In this document: positions 49,896-62,600 of the stretch, piece by piece | Layout of the letters: the number at the start of each line of letters is the position of its first letter | How positions within the stretch are numbered: the stretch's first letter is position 1 | Program-made: the position numbers and the translations under genes | Assembly (NCBI GenBank): GCA_001179505.1 | Contig: CDMY01000294.1 | Coordinates: forward strand, 1-64,000 | Direction of reading: 5' to 3' | DNA from: Vitrella brassicaformis CCMP3155 | Taxonomy: Eukaryota; Protista; Chromerida | Length of the DNA stretch: 64,000 bases | Notes under the pieces: generated by a model | Seen by the model: only the letters and a program-made list of their open reading frames with translations | Told to the model about the DNA's origin: nothing | Database searches by the model: none

Positions 49896-52800
49896 TTACT
49901 CACCGGCGAGCACCCGAAAGAAGACCTCTGCTGCTAATGGGAAGCGCCAGGGAACGAGGGGCAGGTGGGTGTCGTGTGGCGCCTCTGCCTCGTCCAATGC
50001 GGCCATGACAGCCTCGAGAGTGAAACCAGCCAACGCGGGCAGACTCGCACTCTCGACCTGACGAATTGACGGATGCACGCACCGACTCATCATGGAATGG
50101 CGTCGCTTACCTGTGTGATCATGCGAGCGACGCTCTTGTCTGCCAGACAGGCCCCCATGAGCTGCCTGGTCAGCCACCTCATCTGATGAAAGCGGAAAGG
50201 TGTGACACACACACGTGGGCGTATCCATCAACGCGGTCAGTCGGTCGTTTCTGTCTGTCTGTTCAGCTTCAGATAGATACCGTGTGCGAGAGGCCCATCA
50301 GTGTCCCCATGAGCTGAACCGCACTCCCCACCACATCTGCCCCGCCACCACCGCCACCTTCACCCCCTCCCCCCAGCCCATCTTCTCTCGCCTCAGCGTG
50401 CTCACCAGTGGCCCCTTCACTGCTGCCCTTGACCACCCCACGTCGCCGAATGCCATGAGGGGCGTCGTGCAGCTCACGGCTGGCGTGATGACGACAGGGC
50501 GGCTCGCGTTTGAGTAGTGGGCGGGGCGGGGGGTGCTGCAGTGCACGTACATCGGCCTGGCGCCGTAACCATGCTCGCCCCTCCATCTGACCATTCACAG
50601 ACAGAGACACAACGAGCATCCAGTCACAATAGGCTGTCAGTGGATGCCCACCTTTTGAGGGTTCCACCATTGAGAGAGCGCTCCCTCCCCCTCGAGCAGC
50701 TCGGCAGGCGCCGACGAGCGAGGCGCCAACACACTGATTAGAGAACACCAGGCACACGGGAGACATGTGTGCGCCAATGTGCAGTGGCGGCTGTCCGCCG
50801 GCGGGGTGGTTTGCATACTCGTTGAACACAGCAGAGGGAGGCGGCCTCGCCCGCAGCAGAGTCTCCAAAAGGAACCTCTGGACGGCACATACCCACACAC
50901 ATATATCCACACAAATGAATGCCGATGTATCCCTCCCTACGTATCTGTCTGTCTCGTACCGCTTTGTCAAATGCCAGCATCCTCTTTCCCCTCCTTCTCC
51001 GCCCCCCGGGCATCAGCACCGATGCCTCGTGCACGTGGCTCAGTGCACCGTACAGTGGCCCGTCCACAAAGGGCGACAGCATCAGCCGCTGACTCCACAA
51101 CAGACGCTCCCTCTCCTGCTGACGGCTGCTGACGCGCACGCCGCCCACTCTCCTCTGCCTCAGAAACACATGATGGTCGGCCGTCTCTGTGCGGCTCCTC
51201 TGCATGGCGCCGTCCAGCAGGGGCATGGGAGGGGGAGGGGATGAAGGAGGAAGCAGGTCCGGTTGGCTGTCATGCCTCAGTGAGGGTGACATCGACCGGC
51301 TTCTCCGCCTCCCATCGGCTGACGTGGAGTCCGCCATGACGCATGTGGTGAGCAGCGGCGTCGACGTGTCGGTCTGGCCCGTCCCCGTGATGTCGTGAGT
51401 GGGCATGGCGGGAAAGGACGCCTGAAGGGGCAAGGGGGGAGGGAATAATGCGGGGGCGTGGTCCACCAGATGCCACTGATGAGCGGGAGGGGACGGAGAG
51501 GGAGAGGGGAATGCTAGTGGACTCATAGACTCCAGCGCTGGGCACGACCGAGAGCGCATCATCATCACTTTGCCATCGTCACCATCTTGTCTCCTCTCGA
51601 GACCACGGGAGTGGCCGCAATCGCCATGCTCACCACCGACAAGCTCCACCCGTCTCCCTGACGGCATCTCCCTCCTCTGCTCTCTCGGTGAGGGCGACAG
51701 TGAGCCACACACAGCGGGTGACATACTGAAGAGCGACAGGGACCGCAGCAGAGGCGGAGGGCGGGGAGAGGGCAGGTGGGCGTAATGCGTTGCCTCATAA
51801 TCGCGGGGCGGGGTGGATGACCGGCTGTAAGTTGGAAGTTGTTGTCGCGATGGTGCCACATGATCGTGGTGGCGGGGGGTGGAAGAGTGGTCGAATGCTG
51901 GGCTGCAGAAGGGGTCGTGTGTGGGCGTGGGCCTCTCGTGGCGCATCAGGCTGTCGTCGTGACGCTGCTGCTCCTCTTCTTGCTCACACAGCTGTAGGCC
52001 CCCAGACGACGACACATCGCTGACGTCGCCATCGCCATCGCCATTGCTGCCCTCAACAGCAGCATGGCTCTCCACCACAGCACTCGCCGACACGGGCAGG
52101 TGTGACACCGACGTGCTGCTCGTCGTGTCACGCCACAGTAATGAGTCTTCTGCAGGCTTATGGGATTCCTTGCTGTTGCCATGTTTGGTGAGGACCGTCA
52201 GTGTCTGTGCGGGTGGTGGCGATGGGAGGGAGAGGGGCAGGTGGAGTGCGCGCATCTGGTGCTCGAGGGAAGAGGCGTGTGTGGGCAGGGAGTCCAGCAG
52301 CACACAGACGGGCGAGTAGAATACGAATGACGCGACCACCTCTATCACCAACCCACGGGTCAGCTGACATGACACAAGAGAGAGAGGGAAGGCGGACACA
52401 CACGCAGGGCAAGGGAGAGAGTGCCATGCCATCAACGGGCTCTGGGTCTTTCGTGTTGCCAGTAAGTACCTACCACTGATTGAATCTCCTCTGCGTATTC
52501 AGGGGGCGTGCACAGCTGCACCAACACATCGGCCAGCTGGCGGTAGTAGCTCTTCTCCTACACACAGCACGCTCTCACTCAATCACTCTAGCATCCCCCT
52601 CCCTTGATCGGCCAGCCACGCCACCACCCCGCACACCGACCTTTGCGAAGCTCTCCACAGCGGCGTGGAATGGCAGGCCCAGGCCGTCAGGGCCGCACAG
52701 GGATCTCAAAGCGGCCATCTCTCCTTCGCTACCCGCCCTCTGTGTCTGTGTGGGCGGCCCATTGTTGATGGTCTCAGTGGCAAACGACGGCACGCGCTCA

Positions 52801-53529
52801 CATATCTGCCAGACAGACAGACAGACAGACAGACGCACACACAGGTGCAATCAGGGCGTGTCAGGTCCATCACTTACGATGATGTGGGCGTGCAGGATGG
52901 CGAGCAGCTCGTCCAAGAGCCCACGCACATCAACCCTGATAGATACATACACCGATGGATGGACAAAGGATGGATGACAACCACCACACACAGACACACA
53001 CAACACGCACACAGAACAAGCCAGCCTCAGAGCTGTGTATACTGTCTGTGTCTGTCGCTGCCCACTGGCTGACCTTTGTATCCTGCTGATGACGTCTTCC
53101 AGTATCATGCGCATCATCCGCTGGATCTCGCGGGGGAAGGTATGGTCCGGCGGGTTGGACAGAGTGGTGTACCACGAGCTGATGTACATGTCAGCTGCCC
53201 ACTGTGCAAACCGGTCGGCGATGGCCGGCAGCCGCACCTGGTAGTCGTGCAATGTCGATAGGACAGATGACGTGCCCTGAACACACATTACACCACAGGA
53301 TGACAGACATGGTGAATCAATGACAAGATCTATCTATCGCCGTGTTTTCTTGTCCGATGCTTGCTTTAACCTGGTGTTGATATGTGTGGCTGCTGTTGCC
53401 CCCATTGGTCCGCCTCCATTGGTACAGCACGCAGTTGATCACCAGCGACACGCAACCGCACATCAATCTCCACAGCAGGGCCAAAATCTGAGACGTGCCT
53501 CCTGAAACCAGTGCAGCTGCCAAAGCCAT
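49896..53529 (-). CDS. PXA-domain sorting-nexin-like protein (N-terminal TM, PXA, long low-complexity insert, divergent PX/PXC)
   Basis: YISSWYTTLS...FPREI, FHAAVES..EKSYYRQLADVLVQL, TRGLVIEVVASFVF (PXA-like); LMGLSHTMRWLTRQL (PXC-like). The PX assignment is weak. Confidence 0.6.
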
Positions 53530-53646
53530 GGCTAACGCCTGCCGCTTTGATGAGCTTGAGCTCGCACTGAGAGATGAGCAGCAGTGACAGATTACGGGGG
53601 TCCGCCCAGCCGTGAAGGCAGGTCCCCTTCATCAGATCAGCAGAAC

Positions 53647-54573
53647 ATGATGGACGCCGACGACAATCACAGGCACCATCTGGATGATGCCGATGACGAG
53701 AGCCATGCATTCATCGAGGGCGTCGAGGCGGGCGCACTGAAGGCCGCGGATGACAATGAGCATGACAACGGGTCAGAAAGCACGAGAGCAACCGATGGCC
53801 ATGAATGAACGAATCGCCACACATGTCTGTTTGTCTGCGTGTTCTGCAGGGATGGCAGAGAGCGAGATGCAAAGGAGCGGCCACCGTCGCTCGTGTGGGA
53901 GTGGCAGGCGGCCCGTGATCTGCGACAGCAATGTGGCTTGGTTGCTGCAGAGATCGGGACACTCCCCATTGCCTGTCAACAGAACAAGCAGCTCGGCGCC
54001 CCTTTCCTTTACTCGGACGACCAGACCACGGCCATCAGGCACATGCAGCGAGGGAGCCGCTCGTCCAATGGACGGCGCGGCGAGTCGGGTGGGATCAGTG
54101 TCGATGAGGGTCCTGCGAGTGCGCTGGGCAAGAGAAAGCGGCAAGACGAGGATGCAGTGTGCTCTTCCGTGCGCTTCTCGATGGCGGGTCTCAAGTTCGG
54201 GGGGACCTCTGTGATGTACACAGGTACATAGACGTGGAGAGCCGCCCGGCTTTTAACATTTCATGGTGTGGTGTGGTGTGGTGTGGTGTGGTGTTCGCCC
54301 TTCCCTCAGGTGATCCACTGAAGTACCATGGCTTTGTTCTCATCCAGAGGGTGCCGCACAGCAGCTTGGTCTCGCCAGTGTCGCTGCTGAGGACGCATCG
54401 AGTGGCTACTGCTATGCACAAAGAGGTGGGTCAACGAGCCACGTGGATGAATGCTGCACGCTGCTGTCTATGCGGGCTTGTGAGTTGTGCAGATGGTTGT
54501 GGAGGTGGCGGGCAAGGGAGTGGGCGGAGGGGAGACGAAATATTTGAAGCTTGATAGACTTGAGTACTTCTGA
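53647..54573 (+). CDS. SEN34: tRNA-splicing endonuclease catalytic subunit, SEN34-like
   Basis: LVWEW..ARDLRQQCGLVAAEIGTLP..CQQNKQLGAP (SEN34 N-terminus) and AGLKFGGTSVMYTGDPLKYH, HRVATAMHK (Tyr/His/Lys catalytic positions). Confidence 0.75.
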
Positions 54574-55034
54574 GCGCGCCTGAGTCCTGGTGCACTCATC
54601 TACTTCTGTGAGGGACACCTGTACGTGTGTTAATGTTTGGATCAGACATCACCAATGGTGTGTGTAAGTCCGTTTGACGTAATCATGATCGAGTCCATCC
54701 CATTGGTGCATCCCGTCCAGCCCGCCGCCTCACAGATAGGCACACGCACACACAGACAGTGACGGGAAAAATAGTCAGTCAGACAGACACACGCAGCTGC
54801 AAGAGCACACACAGGTGCTGCAACCAGCTCCCTCTCTCAATCAGTAGCGCGTCCATTCATCGCTGCACACAGGCAACGCATCCGTGCAGCAAGGCAAACG
54901 CCCTACTCACCCCCGCTAAGTTACGCAGTCACATCTCGCCACCCCTCAATTGACTCCATCCCTCTAGTCAAACACACCACTGACAGCCAGACAGACAGGC
55001 GCCCTCGGCTGGCCGCCTGGTCATCCGTCTGCTC

Positions 55035-56783
55035 TCACAGTGAGTGGTCGATGACCATCATGTCCGCCTCCTCGTCCACCTCCATCATGTGCTCGTCGTC
55101 CGTAGGGGGCGACCCCAACGAGGCCATTGATGAGTTGGTGGCCGTGGGGGTGATGTGTGTGNNNNNNNNNNNNNNNNNNNNNNNNNNNNNNNNNNNNNNN
55201 NNNNNNNNNNNNNNNNNNNNNNNNNNNNNNNNNNNNNNNNNNNNNNNNNNNNNNNNNNNNNNNNNNNNNNNNNNNNNNNNNNNNNNNNNNNNNNNNNNNN
55301 NNNNNNNNNNNNNNNNNNNNNNNNNNNNNNNNNNNNNNNNNNNNNNNNNNNNNNNNNNNNNNNNNNNNNNNNNNNNNNNNNNNNNNNNNNNNNNNNNNNN
55401 NNNNNNNNNNNNNNNNNNNNNNNNNNNNNNNNNNNNNNNNNNNNNNNNNNNNNNNNNNNNNGCCCCAGTCGATGTACGCCTTGACGACGGGCTGCAGCGC
55501 CGCGTCGTGGGTGAAGTAGGGATGCATGGAGAGCTCCTCAGCTGTGTGGCGTGACCCCGGGAGACACACCATCCTGAGGGCAAACAAACGCATAACAGAC
55601 ACACAGTGAGCTGAATGCACATGGGACACCTCTCTGTGTCTGCCTCCGTCTTACTTGGAGAGCACGTCGAGAAGGCCCTCATCCCCCACCCCCCATCGCC
55701 GCAGCTTGGCCTTTATGCCGTCCGCACTGCTGACCTCGATATCGCTAAACAGGCCCTGAGGGAATCCCATCGCCGCCGCCTCCTCGTTGCCCGGCCGTCC
55801 AGTGAACGTGAAGAGCTGCCGTGACAGCTGCGCCACGCCCTGCTTGGTGGCTCTGCCGAGAGGGAAGAGGTCCTTGGCGGCGTTCTTGCCCGTGGCCACC
55901 TCGACGGCCACGACACCTGCCTGGAAGATGTCTCCCTTCCTCTCGTCATACCTCTGGAACATGGGTGAGCCTGAATGGAGGCATCCACATATCAAGGACA
56001 GACAGACACAAAGAGATGAGGCATTGTCCCTTTCTCTCGCCTCTCTGTGATATCCTGGCTGGCTGAGTGGATACCCTTGGGGTCGCTGTGTGCCGCGTAC
56101 GGCCAGGTCATCTCGGGCGTGAAGTAGCCTGGCGTGCCCCTCGCCCCCTGGAACCCCCGCTCACTCTCGGCGGCCCCCATCGCCTGCTGCGTCTTGGCAT
56201 GGACACTGAGGCCGAAGTCGATGGCCTCCAGCAGCGGCAGGCCCTCGATCTTTCTGCAGACCACCAGGTTCTCCGAAGAGATGTCGCCGTGGGCGATGTC
56301 ATTCTGGTGCAGGAAGGCCAGCATGTGGAGCATCTCGTAGAGCACCGCCTTGACCTCAAAGGCCGATACCTCCGAGCACCGCCCCAGCGACTGAGCCCCC
56401 TCCAGCAGTTCGAGCAGCAGCCACTGGTCCCCGTGCCGAGTGCTCTTGCTAGCCATGTGGTGGCCATATCGTCTGACGACGTTGGGGTGCCAGGCGCGGC
56501 GGTAAAAGCCGGGGGGTATGCCGCTGGCGATGGCCTTGGTCTCCGCGATGGACTGCAGAAGATCGAAGGCCAGCATCTCGTTCATGTCGGATGGGTGAAC
56601 GGTGCTGCCCGCCGCCTCGTCCGGCTGCTGAGGGTCGTAGACTTTGAGTGCGAAGGAACGGCTCGGGTCGGTGTAGGCTTTATCCTTGGCCTTGAACACG
56701 GTAGAATGACCGCCCGCGCCCAGCGGCCTCGCAGCGATGTCAAATCGCCCAGATGCAAGGGCGTTGTGGCCTTTAAAGGCCAT
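55035..56783 (-). CDS. Divergent non-RD Ser/Thr protein kinase, copy B
   Basis: Same exon structure and motifs as copy A. 14 amino-acid differences in exon 1. The last exon is interrupted by an N gap. Confidence 0.9.
55162..55461. other. Assembly gap (300 N)
   Basis: Corresponds to a ~70 bp C-rich tract in copy A. Confidence 0.99.
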
Positions 56784-58096
56784 CGCAGGGCGGTTAAGAT
56801 GGCCTGCGGGCGTCGCCAGGTGTGGCTGAAGAAGGCTGAGGGACGGCAGGTGAGTGCTGATAGGTTAACGAAGAGCAAAAGTCGGAAACAGATGACAATA
56901 GAGCTGAAATTTGAGGAGGGGGCGACAGAACACACTTGCATACATGCAAGTGACCAGAGCTGGTCGTGGGGGCGGGAAAAACCAGCCGTCTCACGTTTTG
57001 GAACCGCTTCATCTGCGGTGATCAGATCTGCTTGCAGCCTTCCCATTTGCAGTGTTGGTGGGCCTCACAATAGGGGCCTCACTTGGGCCTCACGCGATGA
57101 CATTTATGCATTTGTCTTCGTGTTGCGTCCCATGATGCTGTGATGTTCCGGGTGTGTGGGTGTAAGCAATGTTATTATAGCTCAGCTGCCATGGGCAGTG
57201 TATACATTCACATTGAAAACCACCTAGGCAACAGTTCGCCAGTCAGTCGAGCCCACCCACCCTTCCCGCACACAGGTACGTATGTATGCATGTATATATG
57301 TATGGATGTGTGTATCTACGCGGAGTCCGCCCACCCCTCCGTCCGTCCCTTGCTGTGTGTGCTGTGCTGTGCTTGGCACGTATCGTATCACACATATGTG
57401 AGTAGATAGACGTACCCCTCTCCCTCGTCGGCGTGCCGTGTGTATACAAATACCGTACGGAGACAGGCAGACAGACAAGAGAGCCCCATCGACGTAGCCA
57501 TGTGTCTGTCTGCTTGGCCATCGGGCGATTAATGAAGTGCATCAGGCAGCTGCTCAGTCGAATGTCATCAAAAAACGTTCACACGGAGATTGCACCATCA
57601 AAGGGGTGGGGGTTTGGGTCCATCTCTGCACACAGCGCGTGCGGCCGACCCAGCACTCCTCCACTCACCCTAGGAGGACAAACGACACACACACAGTCGT
57701 CTCCAACAGGCACACACGCGGTGGTCTGGCATGGGCACACACATTCGAACACGATACACACAGCGCAGACACACATGTAACATCAACATCAACACAGCGA
57801 GTCCACAAACACATCAGAAAGTAGCACGCAGGCAGGAGCTCAGCGAGGGGCCATGCACGAGGAGAAAGCGCACAGGCAGCCTAACACGAAGTGCTCCTTC
57901 CCTCATCTGCCGCTGCCACAACGCAGCGCGCAATCAGTGACCAGCAAGTGCAACAGAGCAACGGAACGACCGACACGTATTACAAACTAAGACACAAAGA
58001 TCTGGACAATTGACAGCAGTGAAATGACAGTGCGATGTCGCCATGGCGTCAGTTGGCCGTCAATGCGGTAGTCGACTGTCAGCACATGGCGTCAAC

Positions 58097-59023
58097 TCAT
58101 TCAACGTCAATGAGGTGCAAGTGGTCGACCGACTCGCGTCTCAGTGCATTGCTGCAGTTACCAGTGTAGAGATACAAGACACACAGACGTCTTCTGAGCG
58201 TCAGGCCTCGTGTGGTGCTCGTCAGGCGTCCTCATCGGTGAGTTCTCACCTGACGGTGCCGCGAAATCCGCACACGAAGATTTTCTTGCCCGTGGTCTGT
58301 TTGACCCTGTCCAGTGCGTGAAAGAAGTCACCTGACCCGCAGCGAGAAGTGCACCCGAGTCCAAACACAGACAGCCAAATATATATTCTCTGGCGTATAA
58401 TGTTCTCTCACCGTCTCCAGAGAAGAGAATCACGGCATCGACATCTCTCTCTCTAGCTGCTTCGTCGCGATGGCCACATCCGCGCCCTGCTGCACAGTCC
58501 TTCCGCCATGCCCCTGCTTCGTCTCCACCTCCCATACCGAAACACCGCTGCGCTCGATACTCTCGTGCAGTGCACCCATCTGGTCACGGCGCTCTCTCCA
58601 CCTCGCCGGCTTCGTGTTGACGAAGACCGAGTGGTTTCTCTGGAAGATGATCTCCTTGCCCAGTCGTGACCCGAAAGCCTGTTTCATCTCGTTGCTGTAG
58701 CGAGAGAAGTCCTCAGACGAGAAGCGAGTCCGAGATGCACTTTCATGGCAGTGGATGACGTTCGCTCCGTCGACGACCAACGCGCATCGGACCGTCCTTT
58801 CTCGTCCGCTGGTGAGCCAATAGCCAAGCGCCAAGCCTGCACCAAGGAGTGCTCCGCCGGCGAGCATTGCTCCCAGACCGTCGTTGTTCTCCTCCCTCTC
58901 CCTTTCCTCCCTCTCCTCCTCGTTCCTACGATACAAGCAAGGACACAGGCGGACAATCATCTCCGTATCGACTCTATCGAGATCTCTGGTGCGACCTGAC
59001 CTGCCGTCTGCTCTCCGGCTCAT
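58097..59023 (-). CDS. Membrane-anchored NYN (LabA/DUF88, PIN-like) ribonuclease domain protein, frameshifted as assembled
   Basis: TM segment GLGAMLAGGALLGAGLALGYWL, then LVVDGANV, QQGADVAIA, VILFSGDGDFFHAL, KKIFVCGF..VSNAL. The frame changes in an (AG)5 run at 58444-58454. Confidence 0.75.
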
Positions 59024-59647
59024 CTCGGACACAAGGAGATCTGACGCCGGGGGGAAGCGGTTCACGGGTAGGGAATGGTCTCCGAACGGAAGCAAACAAC
59101 ACCAGCTGCGGTCGACGAGGCAAAGACACGAGGGTTGGGGTTAGGGGTTTGCGGCAGGCGGAACCCTAAACCCTTATCGTTGGTCACCTCCGTAAGCCTC
59201 CGCGGCTCTGACCTGAGTCAGGCGTATTGTGTCTGAGGGCAAACCGCACATGTACAGCACACGCACGGACAGACAGACAGATGTCTGGGCGAAAAATGCG
59301 CACGCGGACAGAATGCATGCATGCACACACATGCACCAGGAGGAAGATGTGTATCCACACACATACACGTGTCACGGGCAGCAACAGATCTCATCGTAGA
59401 CTGTCAGTAAGGAAGGGTGTGGAAAATGGGATACTACTCTACAGCTGACTGACTGCCACAAATACACTCACCACTCACTCCCTTACCCACACATACACAC
59501 ACACAAGGACAACCGGACAAGCAAGTTGGAGGAAAAAGACGACAAGTCTCACGTCCGTCTCTCTCAGCACACAACATGAACCGACCGATAAACGCATTCG
59601 TTGATCACACTCACGCACTCATCCATGCACAGAAACTGATGGCCTGT

Positions 59648-62600
59648 CTACCCCCCGCCGTATCTGCAGTGCCCGATGCCCTCGTGCTCGTCGTCCTCTC
59701 CTCTCTCCTGATCAAAACCCCCCTTGATGGTCGCCAGTGCGATGAACGATGCCTGGCGCTCGGAGTAGGTGGCGATCAGCGCACCCATCTGCAGCGCCTT
59801 GGTGGGATGCCCTCTCAACGACTGCACATACTCTGACCGGCTCCTCATCTCGGGGTAGGGCGTGGGGGGGCGAGATGTGGCTCCTGCTGCCTGCTGCTGG
59901 TTTGGCGGTTGCTGAGCCATGGCTGGGTCGTGTTGTTGCTGCTGCTGCTGCGTGTCGGTGTCTTCGCTCTCATCGATGACAGACGGGGAGGGGGGCGGGG
60001 GCGGGGTGGGCGGCTCGGCTATCGACATACCAGGAGGGGGAGGGCCCGCGAACGGCATCCGACGACGGACCTGCCAACACACACACATACAAGACCCACC
60101 ACGTCTATGTGTCCGCTGTGTGCGCGTTGACTAGGGTGGTTGACTGACGTACCGATGAGACGAGGAACCGTATTGCCTGAGAGAATCCGGGCATGCGTGA
60201 GCCCCAGAGCGGGTTGCTGAGCAGCATGAGGCTGCCCTGCCCGTCGAACGAGACGGATGCGTTGCGGCCGGCCAGTCGTCGCGAGAGGGCCGTGCTGTCG
60301 TAGCCCATCCTGCTGGAGGAGGGGTCGGTGTCGCTCGGCAGGGGCGTCTTGAGCAGACCGTTGAAACGGATGATACCGTAATCCTCACCTGACATATATA
60401 TCAACCATGGCAGGGAGTGTGTGCTGTGCAGTGGTGGCTTGGCTGTGGCTGGGATGGGATACTCATGTATGGTGCCTACCGTGAATGCCCATGACTCGGA
60501 CGAAGCTCTCGTCTGTGGCGGCGGTGATGAAGTGACGACTGGTTGACAAATACAACGACCTAAAGAAGAAAAAAACGCAGGCCAGGCAGACAAAGAACAC
60601 ATACCTCGGGTGTGTCTGTCAGACTTGTCTGCTGCCGTCCGACTGACGTACCTGCGGTAGTTTTGCTGAGAGTGCAGCGGCGGCACCTGCAGGCCGTCAT
60701 GCGATGGGTACTCACACGCACTGCCCAGCGAGAACTGATGCAGACTTGCATCGATGCCACTGCACAGCAGGAATCGGTCGTCGGGCGAGAAGCAGCACAT
60801 GACGTTGAGACACCCCGTGTGGAAACATTGAGCCGGCCGGCTGCTGCAGATCTTCTCACGCAAATCCCACAACCTGCACACGACAACAGGCAACAGACCA
60901 TCAGCCTTTGGCACACACACAGAGAGAGAGAGAGAGAGACCCCGCCGAATGCTCACTTGCACGTCTGGTCGAACGACGATGTCGCGAAAATGTGAGGCGA
61001 GTGATTGGAGAACCTGGACAGCAGACACACACACAAGAGACACAGAGAGGTCACGAACGTGCCTCTGGTGCTGCCGGGGGCTTGGATTCCTTCCTGACCT
61101 CAGTATGTTGATGTGGTGGTGGTGCACGTTGTCGAACACCTGCAGCTGCCGCGCCGTGGCCACGTCATACAGCGCCAAGTCGCGCCTAAAGCCTGACGTC
61201 ATGAAGTAGTCGTCACTCACATTCACTGACAAAGAACTACACACACACACACAGAGAGACGGGGAGGGAGCAATGGATACACACATCGACCGACACAGAG
61301 ATGGCCGGAGGGCGTATGGTATCTGGCCCACCTACCTGAGTTGTTCGAATCTTCTGCAGCTGTGGAGTCTCCTGAGTCCCCTGCCCAGGCCCTCGTTTTC
61401 GTCCCACTGCAGCATGCAGGTGGTGCCATCGTTGGCCGCACCGCATATGGCGATGGTGGGGTGCAGATGCAGCCACGCCAAACCCAGGATGGGGCACTGC
61501 GCCACGGGCTCCCTGCCGACTGACACATCCCTCTCGAAGTCTATCACCGACACCTGCACACACACAATGTGTGTGTCTCCACTGTAAAGGACACACGTCA
61601 TTCCTCTCTCCCTCTCTCCCTCCCTCCCCGGCTCACCGCGCCACTTTTGTGTCCAACGAGCATCACATCTTCCCTCACAGGATGGAACTCAAACTGCCGC
61701 GCGTCGCGGGAGGTCCGCACCACCCGCAGGTCCTCGTGCGGCACCACACGCCAATTCGGACTCGACCAACCCTCCACCATTGCGCCCTCCTTGGCTCTCC
61801 GGCCATTGGGGGCCATTGGTGGGCGTGTGGCGGGCTCGCTGACGGGGGGCAGGTGAAATGCATAGCTCTCGGAGTAGGAGCGACATCGTGTCTTGGCTGC
61901 TGCTGCTGCTGCCGCTGTGGTGGTGGTGCATGTGGAGTGAGCGAAGCTGTATCTGTGTCGCTGCTCGCACTCATAGTGGTGGGGATGTGCCGCGGGGCTG
62001 TCGCAGCGGAAGTCCATCTGACAGGGGGGAGGGAGACAGGGGGGGAGGAAAGGGAAGGACACACACACACACACACGTGTATCATGGCTGGATCCCCTCT
62101 CCCTCTATCGGTACCTCTGAGTCGTCATCCGACATGCCGATGATTCCGTCGTCCTCCTGATCTTCCCCAGCACCAGCACCAGCACCAACACAAACCTCAC
62201 AAGGCTTCTCGTCCGCAGCGCTGTCCCCAGCCGGCTGGCGACACCTCGGCGACGGCGGCGACGGACCCGCCCCAAGCAAAGGCGAGCTGGGCCAGCCCTC
62301 CTCGGTGCCAGCCGTGACCCAGCTGTGGGTCTCGCCCCTCTCGTCGTCGTCACCGCCCTCGCCATCGTCGCTCACCACATCGCCACTCGGCAATGGCAGG
62401 GACTGCTCACAGCACGATGACGCGTCAGAGCCCTCATCAGCCCCATGTGGAGTGGGCTCGACCTCTCGAACCAGCAGCATGACTCTCTGTGTGCCGCTGG
62501 TCGATGGCTGCCTGGGCCCTCGTGTGCGGTAGAGTCCGCTGCGCATGGCGAGTGCCCACTGGAAGCAGCGGCTGTTGGCGGCCGTTAGAGTGTCGGGCGA

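Larger units (their letters stand above)
54681..57051 (-). repeat. Inverted segmental repeat, arm B
   Basis: Reverse-complement match to 43818-45975. Contains a 300-N gap. Confidence 0.95.

Noticed and set aside
43818-57051. The inverted arms as terminal inverted repeats of a giant DNA transposon
   Set aside because: The arms are an intron-containing kinase gene, the spacer has housekeeping genes and no transposase, and the outer flanks show no target-site duplication.
56067-57143. 358 aa plus-strand ORF (and its mirror 44041-44814)
   Set aside because: Antisense shadow of the GC-rich kinase exon, with no recognisable motifs.
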